This document shows, piece by piece, positions 36,571 through 48,600 of a DNA stretch of 64,000 nt. The DNA lies in NCBI GenBank assembly GCA_964270895.1, contig OZ185446.1. One strand, written 5' to 3'. The notes beneath the pieces were generated by a model. It was not told the origin of the DNA. It was given only the letters and a program-made list of their open reading frames with translations, and did not search any database. The first letter of the stretch is position 1. Each line of letters starts with the position of its first letter. A program made the translations under genes and the position numbers. The stretch is from Podarcis filfolensis (Eukaryota).

Positions 36571-36770
36571 CAGGCACGTCCAACAGGTAGATTGTGATCT
36601 ACCGGTAGATCACTGAACGTCCGTGGTAGATCACTGGTAGATCAACATTTTTGCCCTGCACCCCCCCCCTAAGTAGGGCTTACCTCCTCCCTAAAAAAAG
36701 TTCAACAACTTTCACCTGAATCCCAAAAAACAGGACTTCCCTTCCTAAAAAAGCTCAACAACTTCCAACT
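36571..36770. mobile_element. hAT-like element left end, truncated
   Basis: caggcacgtccaac terminus with repeated gtagatc subterminal motifs. Confidence 0.5.
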
Positions 36771-36799
36771 CTACAATTCTATTATCTGTTATGTTACTC

Positions 36800-36863
36800 A
36801 GTATGGTGTAGTAGTTAGAGGTTCAAATCCCACTCAGTCATGAAATGCATCTGGTGGTCTTAG

Positions 36864-36902
<39 letters not shown>

Positions 36903-37030
36903 AGTCAGTCAGTCACTCTCTCTGCATAGAAGGGTGGTTGTGAGGATGAAATGAGAGAGAGGAAACATGTGACCTCCTTAATTAAGCCTCTTGGAGGAAA
37001 AGTGGGTTAGAAATTTGATAAATGAATAAG
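36800..37030 (+). mobile_element. Old tRNA-derived (MIR-like) SINE containing a (GTCT)n microsatellite at 36864-36902
   Basis: gtatggtgtagtagttagag A-box, ggttcaaatccc B-box, core ggttgtgaggatgaaatgag. Confidence 0.55.
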
Positions 37031-38713
37031 TACCCTGAGCTGATGAGAATGAGTAACACGTCCAAACACACAGAGAGCCACTTTAGGTCAGACTTTGGAC
37101 CCATCTAACCCTGGTAAGGTAGCAACAGCACTACCAAACACTATTTTAAATGGGGATTCTAGGACACAGACCTGGGATCATTTGCATGCAGAGTTTGCGT
37201 TCTTCCACTGACTGAGTCATGGCTCTCTGGCTTTGGGAGAAGCAATTGCCCGCAACGCACCTGTGATCTTTCTAAATCTGACACGTAAGTTGCATCTGGC
37301 AACTTTAAACTGCCTTCTAAGAATATCTATTAAGGAAAAAGTCCCATTTAAGCAGCTGGGCTTGCATCTGAGCTACCATGCTTTGGACTGTGTTGTACAT
37401 AGCACACTGGGAACACAACTCAATACACGCAAAGCAGCTTGTTTCAGTAGAATTTAAGTCTGTGTCGAACTGTGTCCTGGGTGTTTTTAGAATAGCTGTC
37501 CTTTTTAGCCCCGGTTCACTTTTATTTACATGTATTATGCACCTTTTTTGTGAGTGGCTGAATGGAGAAGAATCAAACTCTGTGTGTTCTACATCAACAG
37601 TGAAAGCTGGCATTCAGAACCTCCTTTGAAATTAGTACGCAAAACCCGACTTTCCTGTGAAAGCTTCTCCAGGTATAATGTATAAATCATTATAAACAAG
37701 GCTTGAAAGGAACTCAGTGTTTATACTGAATTCCCTGCCCTTTACAAGGTCTGAGAGCTTGAAATACCAGAGCATCTCAAATTCAAAGGCAACATGCAGG
37801 GAAGAGGACTCACAGAAAGGTGGATACTACGTTTCAGCTGCAGTCAGCAACTTTAGAATATTAAGCAGATTTGGCCCATGCTGGGAAGAGCCCGCGGAAC
37901 ACATTCTCCAAGTCTCATTTCTTCTGTTAGGAACCTGATTAACAAAGACATTTAAATAATGTCATTGCACTCCATAATGATCTGATCCCATTTTCTCTTT
38001 TGTGTGGCCAGTGAATTCATTTTCCCCCCAGCTTGGCATGCCTGACCTCCATTTCCTAATGGTGTCAAGCAATGATACTTTGAATTATTTTCCTGAATAT
38101 TAATTTAGTCTTCAAAATTAGCAAAAGCTTTTGTCACTTTGGCTGATGAAAGCACAATATTGCATTTGCTTCAATAAATTTCCCTTCTGCTGGTGCACTG
38201 ATGAGTTTCTCGCTGTCTCCATTAGATACCTTTGTTTCCATAGGCTGTTTATGGCTGAATAGAATAGCTTGCTTTTTAGAAAACGGGTGATGTGCTGGAC
38301 CCAAGAATGGGAGACACAGGAAGAAAGGTAATTTCTTCATAGGACCAGCTGGTAATGGTGAAAGAATAGGGAGCAACAAACCATAATATCTGTTTGGACA
38401 TTATGGCTCCTGGCTTGTTTATCCAGCTTGCACCAGAGCAATCAGCCAATGTGCTGCTTGTTCCAGATAAACCATGATAAGTCTAGCTTATAGTTATGTG
38501 CAAAAGCGGCTGCTGGAAAGATAGCTAATTCTTTGCTATGCAAAGGGAGATGTTAATGCAGGCTGATCTCAACATAAATGTAGCTCAGCAGTCTCATAAT
38601 AAAGGGGCCGGTAGACTTCAGGCTTGTTGGAAGCTGGAATCAGAACCCTTATGTCTACGCACCACAACTAAGTGCAGAGTCATACTGTTAAAGAAGAGTG
38701 TGCCCTCTCTTGA

Positions 38714-41188
38714 GTGTATTCTGAGGTCGTGGCGGATTTTCTCCTGGAGACACCTAATTTGGTTGTCCTAGGGGATTTTAACATCCATGCCGACACGACC
38801 TTACAAGGGGCCGCTCGGGACTTCGTGGAAAGCATGGCCTCCATGGGGCTGTCCCTGAATAAGTTTGGCCCAACTCATAGTCATGGACATGCCTTAGACC
38901 TGGTGTTCACCTCTAGTGACGTGGGTGATCTGACACTAAGTAAAAGTGAAACAAAAGAAGTGCCATGGTCAGATCACTTCCTGGTGCAACTGGACTTCTC
39001 CGCGACCCTTCCCCTCTGCAGGGAGGTGGGACCAATTCGGATGGTCCGCCCCCGCCACTTAATGGATCCAAATGGTTTCCAGAGAGTGGTAGGGGATGCT
39101 TTATCCCATGTTGATGGCCTTTCAGCTGATTCCCTGGTGGCCCGCTGGAATGCGGAGTTAACCAGGGCTATCGACTGTCTGGCTCCGAAGCGCCCTCTCC
39201 GATTGCATGGAGCCCGGACAGCCCCGTGGTTTTCTTCGGAGCTGAGGGCGATGAAACAATCGCTGAGACGGCTAGAGCGCCGGTGGCGGAAAACTCACTC
39301 CGAATCTGACCGGACACAGGTTAGAGCTCAACTTCGAGCCTACCAAGTGGCGATAGCGACGGCAAAGAAGACTTTCTTCACCGCCTCTATTGCATCTGCA
39401 GAAAATAGTAGCAGGAGACTCTTTCAGGTGGTTCGCAATTTAACGGAACCACCTTTACCACCGGGGCCTTGTAAAGACCCCAAGATCTCCTGCAACGATT
39501 TTGCAAAGTTTTTTGCAGATAAAATCACTCATATTCGGAGGGAGCTAGACACCACCGTGGGAGCAGGGCTGGGGCGGGAGAGTGCTAGAGCTCTGTCTGG
39601 TCAAGTTGCATGGAATCAATTTCAATCCGTTACCCCCGAGGATGTGGACAGGCTGCTTGGACGCGTGAAACCAACCACCTGTCTCCTTGATCCTTGCCCA
39701 TCCTGGCTAATAAAAGCAAGCCGGGAAGGGCTGGGCGATGGGCTCTGCGGGGTGGTGAATGCTTCCCTCTGTGAGGGAACATTCCCAGATCCGCTGAAAG
39801 AGGCGGTCATTAAACCGCTTCTTAAAAAACCATCTTTAGACCCGGCCAGTATGGCCAACTATCGCCCAGTCTCAAATCTTCCATTCTTGGGCAAGGTGAT
39901 TGAGCGAGTGGTTGCTGAACAACTCCAGGCACGCCTGGAGGATGCGGACCATTTGGATCCCTTCCAATCAGGATTCAGGCCTCATCATGGGACTGAAACT
40001 GCCTTGGTCGCGCTGGTTGATGATCTCCGGCGAGCTAGGGACAAAGGTGAGAGTTGTTTCCTAGTTCTGCTGGATCTCTCAGCGGCCTTTGATACAATCG
40101 ACCATAACATCCTTCTGGACCGTCTAGAGGGGCTGGGAGCTGGGGGCACTGTTATGCAGTGGTTTCGCTCCTTCCTCCTGGGCCGTGTTCAGAAAGTGGT
40201 GGTGGGGGATGAGTGCTCAGACCCCTGGGCCCTCACTTGTGGGGTGCCTCAGGGTTCCGTCCTCTCCCCCATGCTTTTTAACATCTATATGAAGCCACTG
40301 GGAGAGATCATCAGGGGGTTTGGACTGGGTGTCCATCAATATGCAGATGATACCCAGCTCTACCTCTCTTTCAAATCAGAACCAGTGAAGGCGGTGAAGG
40401 TCCTGTGTGAGTGCCTGGAGGCAGTTGGAGGATGGATGGCGGCTAATGGATTGAGGTTGAATCCTGACAAGACAGAAGTACTGTTTTTGGGGGACAGGGG
40501 GCGGGCTGGTGTGGAGGACTCCCTGGTCCTGAATAGGGTAACTGTGCCCCTGAAGGACCAGGTGCGCAGCCTGGGAGTCATTTTGGACTCACAGCTGTCC
40601 ATGGAGGCGCAGGTCAACTCTGTGTCCAGGGCAGCTGTCTACCAACTCCACCTGGTACGCAGGCTGAGACCCTACCTGCCCGCGGACTGTCTCGCCAGAG
40701 TGGTGCATGCTCTGGTTATCTCCCGCTTGGACTACTGCAATGCGCTCTACGTGGGGCTACCTTTGAAGGTGACTCGGAAACTACAACTAATCCAGAATGC
40801 GGCAGCTAGACTGGTGACTGGGGGCGGCCGCCGAGACCACATAACACCGGTCTTGAAAGACCTACATTGGCTCCCAGTACGTTTCCGAGCACAATTCAAA
40901 GTGCTGGTGTTGACCTTTAAAGCCCTAAACGGCCTCGGCCCAGTATACCTGAAGGAGCGTCTCCACCCCCATCGTTCTGCCCGGATGCTGAGGTCCAGCG
41001 CCGAGGGCCTTCTGGCGGTTCCCTCATTGCGAGAAGCAAAGCTACAGGGAACCAGGCAGAGGGCCTTCTCGGTAGTGGCGCCTGCCCTGTGGAACGCCCT
41101 CCCATCGGATGTCAAAGCGATAAATAACTACCTGACATTCAGAAGACATCTTAAGGCAGCCCTGTTCAGGGAAGTTTTTAATCTGTGA
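38714..41188 (+). CDS. L2 ORF2 (partial APE endonuclease plus reverse transcriptase), 824 codons open; listed start is a GTG, not the true start
   Basis: APE motifs LGDFNIH, GHALDLVF, SDH. RT motifs FQSGFR, DLSAAFDTIDH, GVPQGSVLSPMLF, YADDTQLY, LNPDKTE, SLGVILD. Confidence 0.92.
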   Translation: MYSEVVADFLLETPNLVVLGDFNIHADTTLQGAARDFVESMASMGLSLNKFGPTHSHGHALDLVFTSSDVGDLTLSKSETKEVPWSDHFLVQLDFSATLPLCREVGPIRMVRPRHLMDPNGFQRVVGDALSHVDGLSADSLVARWNAELTRAIDCLAPKRPLRLHGARTAPWFSSELRAMKQSLRRLERRWRKTHSESDRTQVRAQLRAYQVAIATAKKTFFTASIASAENSSRRLFQVVRNLTEPPLPPGPCKDPKISCNDFAKFFADKITHIRRELDTTVGAGLGRESARALSGQVAWNQFQSVTPEDVDRLLGRVKPTTCLLDPCPSWLIKASREGLGDGLCGVVNASLCEGTFPDPLKEAVIKPLLKKPSLDPASMANYRPVSNLPFLGKVIERVVAEQLQARLEDADHLDPFQSGFRPHHGTETALVALVDDLRRARDKGESCFLVLLDLSAAFDTIDHNILLDRLEGLGAGGTVMQWFRSFLLGRVQKVVVGDECSDPWALTCGVPQGSVLSPMLFNIYMKPLGEIIRGFGLGVHQYADDTQLYLSFKSEPVKAVKVLCECLEAVGGWMAANGLRLNPDKTEVLFLGDRGRAGVEDSLVLNRVTVPLKDQVRSLGVILDSQLSMEAQVNSVSRAAVYQLHLVRRLRPYLPADCLARVVHALVISRLDYCNALYVGLPLKVTRKLQLIQNAAARLVTGGGRRDHITPVLKDLHWLPVRFRAQFKVLVLTFKALNGLGPVYLKERLHPHRSARMLRSSAEGLLAVPSLREAKLQGTRQRAFSVVAPALWNALPSDVKAINNYLTFRRHLKAALFREVFNL

Positions 41189-41293
41189 TATTTTAGTGTA
41201 TTTTTGGTTTTCTATGGAAGCCGCCCAGAGTGGCTGGGGAAACCCAGCCAGATGGGCGGGGTACAAATAATAAATTATTATTATTATTATTAT
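38720..41293 (+). mobile_element. Young L2-clade LINE, 5'-truncated
   Basis: Uninterrupted ORF2 followed by a short 3' UTR and (ATT)n tail. The same 3' tail is shared by many decayed fragments in the window. Confidence 0.95.
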
Positions 41294-41496
41294 GAGGCTA
41301 TGTATGGGTCTGTTTTCAGTGCCAGAATTGAGCTGTGGTCCCAGTCATTTCACAAACAAGTTCGCTCTTGCTCGTCTTCCTTTATTTCAGGAGGAAAAAG
41401 TCATGTTGTTGCTGATATTGTTAAACAAGTGCTAGGAATCGGGAATCCTTGCCAATCTGCTCACTGTTCACAGGAACAGATTACTGGCAACATGCT

Positions 41497-42126
41497 GTTG
41501 TTGTTTGTTGTTGTTTAGTCATTTAGTCGTGACCGACTCTTCATGACCCCATGGACCAGAGCATGCCAGGCACTCCTGTCTTCCACTGCCTCCCGCAGTT
41601 TGGTCAAATTCATGCTGGTAGCTTCGAGAACACTGTCCAACCATCTCGTCCTCTGTTGTCCCCTTCTCCTTGTGCCCTCCATCTTTCCCAACATCAGGGT
41701 CTTTTCCAGGGAGTCTTCTCTTCTCATGAGGTGGCCAAAGTATTGGAGCCTCAGCTTCAGGATCTGTCCTTCCAGTGAGCACTCAGGGCTGATTTCCTTA
41801 AGAATGGATAGGTTTGATCTTCTTGCAGTCCATGGGACTCTCAAGAGTCTCCTCCAGCACCATAATTCAAAAGCATCAATTCTTCGGCGATCAGCCTTCT
41901 TTATGGTCCAGCTCTCACTTCCATATATCACTAATGGGAAAACCATAGCTTTAACTATATGGACCTTTGTTGGCAAGGTGATGTCTCTGCTTTTTAAGAT
42001 GCTGTCTAGGTTTGTCATTGCTTTTCTCCCAAGAAGCAGGCGTCTTTTAATTTCGTGGCTGCTGTCACCATCTGCAGTGATCATGGAGCCCAAGAAAGTA
42101 AAATCTCTCACTGCCTCCATTTCTTC
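41497..42126 (-). mobile_element. Bov-B (RTE clade) LINE 3' fragment
   Basis: (CAA)n tail, perfect 11-bp TSD GGCAACATGCT (41486-41496 and 42127-42137), diagnostic Bov-B peptide. Confidence 0.95.
41515..42120 (-). CDS. Bov-B ORF C-terminus (201 codons open)
   Basis: FTFLGSMITADGDSSHEIKRRLLLGRKAM...ESWTIKKADRRRIDAFELWCWRRLLRVPWTARRSN is the recalled Bov-B RT C-terminal region. Confidence 0.9.
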   Translation of the reverse strand: MEAVRDFTFLGSMITADGDSSHEIKRRLLLGRKAMTNLDSILKSRDITLPTKVHIVKAMVFPLVIYGSESWTIKKADRRRIDAFELWCWRRLLRVPWTARRSNLSILKEISPECSLEGQILKLRLQYFGHLMRREDSLEKTLMLGKMEGTRRRGQQRTRWLDSVLEATSMNLTKLREAVEDRSAWHALVHGVMKSRSRLND

Positions 42127-42197
42127 GGCAACATGCTACAGCCTTGCTATTAGAGCTGTACTGGTTGCCAGTTTGCTTCCAGACCGGGTTCTAGGTA

Positions 42198-42448
42198 CAG
42201 TCATACCTTGGTTTTCGAACAGCTTAGTTCTTGAACGTTTTGGCTCCCAAATGTTGCAAACCCAGAAGTGACTGTTCCAGATTGCGAACTATTTTTGGAA
42301 GCCGAACGTCCGACGTGGCTCCTGCAGCTTCCAATTGAGTGCAGGAAGCTCCTGCAGCCAATCAGAAGCTGTGCCTTGGTTTTCGAACGTTTTCGGAAGT
42401 CGAACGGATTTCCGGAACGGTTTCCGTTCGAGAACCAAAGTACGACTG
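42198..42448. mobile_element. Tc1/mariner-type MITE
   Basis: TA TSD, TIRs cagtcataccttggtt / aaccaaagtacgactg. Confidence 0.85.
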
Positions 42449-44859
42449 TATTTCTGTTAATTCACAAAGCCGAGTGGGGGTTTAGCAGGAACCATCCCTC
42501 CCTTTCAGATATATTTTGAAAACTGTATTGTTTAGACAGGCCTTTTCAATACGCTTTTTCTTTTTTAACCCCGTCTTACTAATGCATTTTGCTGGTTTTA
42601 TCTTTATTTTTATATTTTGCTTACTGCGTTGTTACCTGTGTGTGCAAATTATAAATATGCAAATAAATAAATAAATAAAATGTGCTGAGGATTATTCAGA
42701 AATTTCTTGGTGGAACCCAATCTGCCTTCTGCTCACCATTGCCTTAATATAGCTTTCCTTTATCGCTGCTGGCCGGGGATTACAACAACAGGGATGCTGT
42801 CTAGCAGTCCACACTATATGCCTGGTGTGCTGTGTTTGGCTTGTCTTGTCATAGTTGAGTCAGAGGCATGAATGGTAGACAGTATCTGGGAAGGCAGAAT
42901 GCGCTGCATGATATCCTGATTGGTTTCCCTCTTTTAGGTTGCAAAGTGATAATGGTGGGACACAAAAGGATATCCATCTCTAAAAGGAAAATTATTCTTT
43001 TTATGAACTAGACATAGAGCGTTTCCAAATTTAAGCTGCCACATCTTTCAGTTACATAGGTAGGACACGTCTGCTTATGTAGTTTGTAAAACTGAACAGG
43101 TCTTTCTTTTGTGAAGTTTAAGGCTCCCTGCTTCTTTCAATAATCTGAATCTAACCGGTAATTGTAATGAACATTGAATTTTCCACAGGAAGTGCAGACA
43201 TTACAAATTGGCAGCTATTGTGAGGCAGAAGTACATAAAAGTCACATATATCTTTCAGGCTTGTGTAAATAATTTCATGGGTCAATGGCTTTTTCCACTT
43301 GGAATAAGCAATGTGGCTGCTGACGTGAGAGAGAAGCATCAGCAATGTTGTGTGGATTGGATTTTTCTATGCTGGTGAAGAGAAGTCCCAGCATAGGCCA
43401 GAAGAAGTCCCAATGAAAGCATATGTTTTGTAAAGCAAACTTTCCACAGACCATTTAGCAAATGTTTGTAATGAAATTCACCCCCAAGAGATAAGAGAAC
43501 TAATTTGCCAAACTAGCAAGCGATTTAAGGAAACCTCACTCAAACTCAGATTAGTGTAACTAATTACCAGGTTACAAAGTATTTGGTAAATAATTATTAT
43601 TGTTAATTTATGAATCAGCTTCTGTACAGTTGTCTCAAGGCAATGTACAATAAAAACAGCAGACATCGCTAAATTTCTTAGTCTTGTTGATATTGATCAG
43701 TAGGGTAAGGCTTACATACACACAATTACACCTAACCCTGATTCTTCTTCCACAAATAGACTTGGATAATCAAAAAGGGCAGACCAAATAGCTAATAATT
43801 TTTCCATTGAGAAAGACAAATGATTGAGCTTATTTCACATGCAGTATATAACTATCTCCTGGAAAGTTTTCCTCAGATTAGACCGCATTCTGTTCTTGGA
43901 GGATTTTGAGTGGGGTGGGTGTGTCTTCTAGTATATGGCTTGGCTTTAAATACAAGAGAAGTCACTATTTTATTTTATTTTATTTTAAGTGTATATTTTC
44001 GCAGTACAGTTTAGTATGAAACTATGGAGGATCGCTTAACTTGTTCCTAGGCTGTCCAAAGCCTAATGGATATATTTAGTTGCCTTTTTTAATATTGTTT
44101 TAAAAACTGAAATTAAATAAGTGTTTGTTTATACTGATGTGTAAGATCACCTAAGTAATTGGCTGGATATTGAATTTATTTCTTATTTAAAACTGGGCTC
44201 TAAATCTTAGCTGCTATAGTAAAATGTTAATCCAGCATGAAATATTACCAGACTCTAACCAGAATTAGTTGGATCAACTGTCTGAATCAGCCTAGATGAG
44301 GCACCCTCACATTTCATATCAAAAATCTTTGAACAGCACAGACAATTATTTTTGTTTCTGAAATAACATTAGAAGGCCTTTGATATTTGGCTGCAACCAA
44401 GCCAGCTGGCAAACTTTAAATCAAACATCTGGCAGCAGATGAGCAAGAAACTAATTTTCAGAAGAAATAACCCTATCTCTAGAAGTGTGTTAATTTTATT
44501 GCATTTTTAAAAAACTTATAGGGAGATGCAGTTAAAAGCAGGGAAGAAAATAGAAAACATCATCTGATCATCCAGATTATTTAATTTTAATGTATAAGTG
44601 ATGCACCTAAATAATGTATAAGTGATGCACCTAAATATTGCTATTGCTTCCTAAACTAGCATTAAATTGGCACTGACATTTCAAGGTTGTGCTTCAGAAA
44701 AGGAAACGATTCAAAATTAGAATTAGAGAATTTTCTATTAATGCTTCTGCAGGTACAGGCAGTGACTGACTGATATGTGTGCAACCTCGCACGCGGGCAT
44801 TGGCCCGAACCTGGAAGTGACCCGAAAACCTCACAAAAGGGGGTGGGTCAGGACAGAAT

Positions 44860-44970
44860 GGGGCAGGGTGACCTTACATGGGCCCCAATGATGCTCAATC
44901 CAGATAGGACTGAGGCACTGTTAGTGGGTGACTCCCTAGACCGGATGGATGGATGGAAGGCCTGGGGTTA
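44860..44970 (+). mobile_element. Decayed L2 RT fragment
   Basis: Encodes LNPDRTEALLVGDS, compared with LNPDKTEVLFLGD in the intact L2. Confidence 0.6.
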
Positions 44971-44974
44971 CACA

Positions 44975-45635
44975 TGTCGGCATGTGGGGGTCGATCGGCC
45001 AGCTGGCTAGCCCCCAGCTGGGTTGTCTCCTTCCAGCCATTCCTCTGCGAAGATCCATCAACCTCTTGCTCCGACTTAAATCAGCGACCCAAGCCTCCCA
45101 CACTAAGGCACACTATACAGTGGTACCTCTGGTTGCAAACGGGATCCGTTCCGGAGGCCCATTCACAACATGAAATGCGTGCAACCCGAAGCACCGTATC
45201 TGTGCAGGTGCGTGGCACGATTTGGCGCTTGTGTGCATGCACAAAGTGCGATTTAGCGTTTGTGCGCATGCACGAGCGGCAAAACCCAGAAGTAACCCTT
45301 TCTGGTACTTCTGGATCACCCGGGGGACGCAACCTGAAAAAGCATAACATGAAGCAAACGTAACATGAGGTATGACTGTACTTAGCAGTGTAAACTCCAC
45401 AACAGACGAGACTGAGGCTGTGAATACATACTATAGACTACGGATTTATTAAGCATAAATCAAGACAAAGAAACATGTCGTCTCTCCTGCCGTTTCCCCA
45501 GAGACAGAGTCAAAAGCAAAAGCAATACAGCAGAAGTTCCGCTAACCCCAGCAAACAGTGCTGGAATGTAAACAGACATGTGACATGTAATAATCCCATG
45601 TCTGCAACTAAAGGTGGAATGGAAAATTCCCAAAA
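44975..45635 (-). mobile_element. Solo-LTR-like element (family of 5205-5743), interrupted by a mariner MITE
   Basis: Starts tgtcgg and shares gaagatccatca, cacaacag, tttatt and ggaatgtaaacagacatgtgacatgtaa blocks with the 5.2-kb copy. No clean TSD. Confidence 0.65.
45118..45378. mobile_element. Tc1/mariner-type MITE
   Basis: TA TSD, TIRs cagtggtacctc / gaggtatgactg, inverted relative of 14108-14336. Confidence 0.85.
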
Positions 45636-48600
45636 AGCAGACGAGGTAGCAAATGGCATGCTCCTTGAGGCGCAGATCTGCCGCCCCTCCCAACTGACCC
45701 CCCAGCCAGCTGCTTGAGGTAACTGCCGAATTGCGGCTCATGGGTGGGCCAGCCCTGGAAATGGGGGTCATGGTGGTTTCCACACCGCTTCCCAAGGCAG
45801 TTTAAACAAATGGTTTAATTTGGTCAATGCAAGGTTCCCTCCTCTATTTCACTGCACCTCAACTTAGATTGTCCTTCACAAAAAAATAAGATTACCCCGG
45901 TGAAATATTTTCACTTTGAAAATACTCAAAATCTATATCAAGGTAGGCCAGGTGATCACATCACCTATGAGTCTCATCGCCTAAAGAGAGAGGTAGCAGG
46001 TCTCCGATTCCTTGGCCTTCTGTTGCATTTGCTCGGCTTTGCCCGTTCTTTTAACTGGTGATGCTTTTATCCTTTTTGATTATAGTGTTTCACTTTGTGT
46101 TGTGTTCCTATTTTCAGGCTGTCCCTAGGTGAGCAGCATATGTCCCTATTAAGAATTTCTTATGAAATTAAAGTCAGTGGGTTGATTTTTTCTGTTTTTC
46201 AAGCTGGAATAGGATTTTAAATGCTTCTGCATGCAACTTTCTTTTCCCTCTCATTACGCTTTCATTTTTCATCTCCTTTCCTCATAAATAAAAAAAGCTT
46301 ATAATCATATCACAAGGACATTATGCCTGGACAGTTTAAATTGTTACCATTTTTCATTTCCTCATATTATACTGGAATAGATTGCAATTCTAATACGAGA
46401 CTGAACTAGCCATTGCATTATCTTTATTAAGTTTACAATAAAATCTTTAACATAATACTCACCAAGGGCAGGTCTTGCAGAGAAGTAGAAACCTCATTAT
46501 TTTAACTTTGGATATCTGAGTTCACTGTGTGCCTCCCTATTCCTGCGGAACCTGATGCAGTTTGTACCCTCATCCTGAATCTTTCAAGATGAGCATGTTC
46601 TAGATCCCTGTAGGCTGTTTGGGTAAATACAACATAGGAAAACCATAACCCCTTTTTTTTTTAACTTAAAGAAAAAGTATTGAAACCAAAGCTTTCTCAC
46701 TTCAGTTGCATGCGACTGAGCAGGTAAATTTATTTCGTCTGTTTACTGGGCATTCTGCCCTTTTAAAGAGCTTCTGGTTATTTTTTTAAGGGTTATTTAA
46801 AAAAAACAAAAACTATTCCGGCTGTTTTGTCTGTGTTTTGAGCCAGACTGTTGAGAAACATTTAGGGCTCGTTCTGGCAGAAAGTCTATTAGAATTCACA
46901 ACTGAACACCCGGGCTCCACAAGGGCGAAGGAAGCGTCACTTGTCACCGATTTCTGCTGAACGTTTAAGCAGAAGTGACATTTACTAGCGCTTGTTTGGA
47001 AGATTTATTAACGCAATATATCCTTGGCAAGAATGGCTGCTTCAGTAAACGTTATGCTCTAACACGTAACCACGAGCTTGAATTGCGGGAGGATTCGCTA
47101 GCACTTAGTCATCAAAGGGAAAGCAAATATTCAGGGGACGTTTTATTAGGGGTGTGACTTTGCTTCTGCGCCATTCCACGTGGATTAGCCTGGCATCTGT
47201 TGTGCAGAAAGAGTGAATTCACGACATGTTAATTGCTGAGTTGCATGGTTTTCTTTTCTTTCTTTCTTTCGGTTTTTTTTAAAAAAAGTAACTTTCAGGC
47301 AAAGGTAGCCTTTTATCGCCTAGCAAACTGCGTTGCATCTAATAAATGCGGATAGCATGCATAGCTCAAATAAGATAATCAGGACAGAACAATTTCCATG
47401 TTTTAAATGTTTTACATTTTCCATATATTAAAAACAGCAGCTAGTTGTATCAGGAATATTTCCACGGTTCTTCCAAGTTCATGTTTCCTGTTCCCTTCCC
47501 CTTCCTTTGCTCTCCTTGTATTTTATCTCTTGTGCATTACATATTTCCTCCCTTTCCCCCCTGTTTTGTAAGCCTGTCTGTGTGGCTGAATTATATGTTG
47601 TAGAACATGCTGTTTGCTGATAAACAGGTAGTGTTACCTTTGAGGGCAGCGGTGGGGGTGGGGTGGATATCATATATATATTTTAAAAACCCTTAATTAA
47701 TAAATAAATTTATGAACAACACAATCTGACTAATTTGACACTTCAATTTAGGCTCATTCTGGTTGTGTTTGTTCTTATGAAAGGGAATAAAAGCTCTCCC
47801 CCTCCTACCGCATAGTATTTGGTTCAGGTATGTTAGGAAATAAATGGCAACCATCCCCCACCCCATACCCAATTGTCCAGATAAGGTATATAGTACTCAA
47901 GGCACTCAAATTATTTTTGTAGTACAGGCAGAAAACATGGCAATCACCTCTTCCTTTTCCTGGCAGCCAAACTGCAACTTTTTATTTAAAAATAAAAATA
48001 AAATAAAATATTCCTGTATTGCACGGGGTTTGATTAAATGGCCTTGAGGGGGGGTCTCTTCCAACTCTATGATTCTATAACCAAAAAATTTCTGTCCTTT
48101 CATGGCACCCAGATTCACTTGCCTGAAGCAGCTGCCTTATTCTGCAGGACCAATACTGACTGGCGTTTCTCTGCCACCTCGAAGTAAATTCAACTTTTTC
48201 TGGGACTTCGCTTTAAAAAAGATTTTTTAAAATAATAATAATAATAATTGAAAATTAAGGCTGTGCTGAAGTTCAGATTTTCATCATGAAATTTACACTT
48301 TTGGAAGTGCATAGTTTCAAAACTATTAAAACTATTTCCTCCTTGTGGCCGCTATGGTAATGATTTTTATTTTATTTTATTTTATTGCGAGGGTGGGGAA
48401 GAGTACATTGGCCTTATGTGATCAAATACCACATAGCAAACAGTAAGCCCTGCCTGGGAATATTTAACTGTACAATATTACTTTTCATCAGAGGCAATGG
48501 TGATTTTGTATCGCTTTCATCAGATGCTTCCAGCTATGCTGATTTCTAAGGTTAAAACTTCACGTTGCAGGGAAACTTCCCCAACCATTTATTTATTTAT

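Noticed and set aside
41543-42271. 242-aa plus-strand ORF
   Set aside because: Antisense shadow of the Bov-B ORF, running into a MITE.
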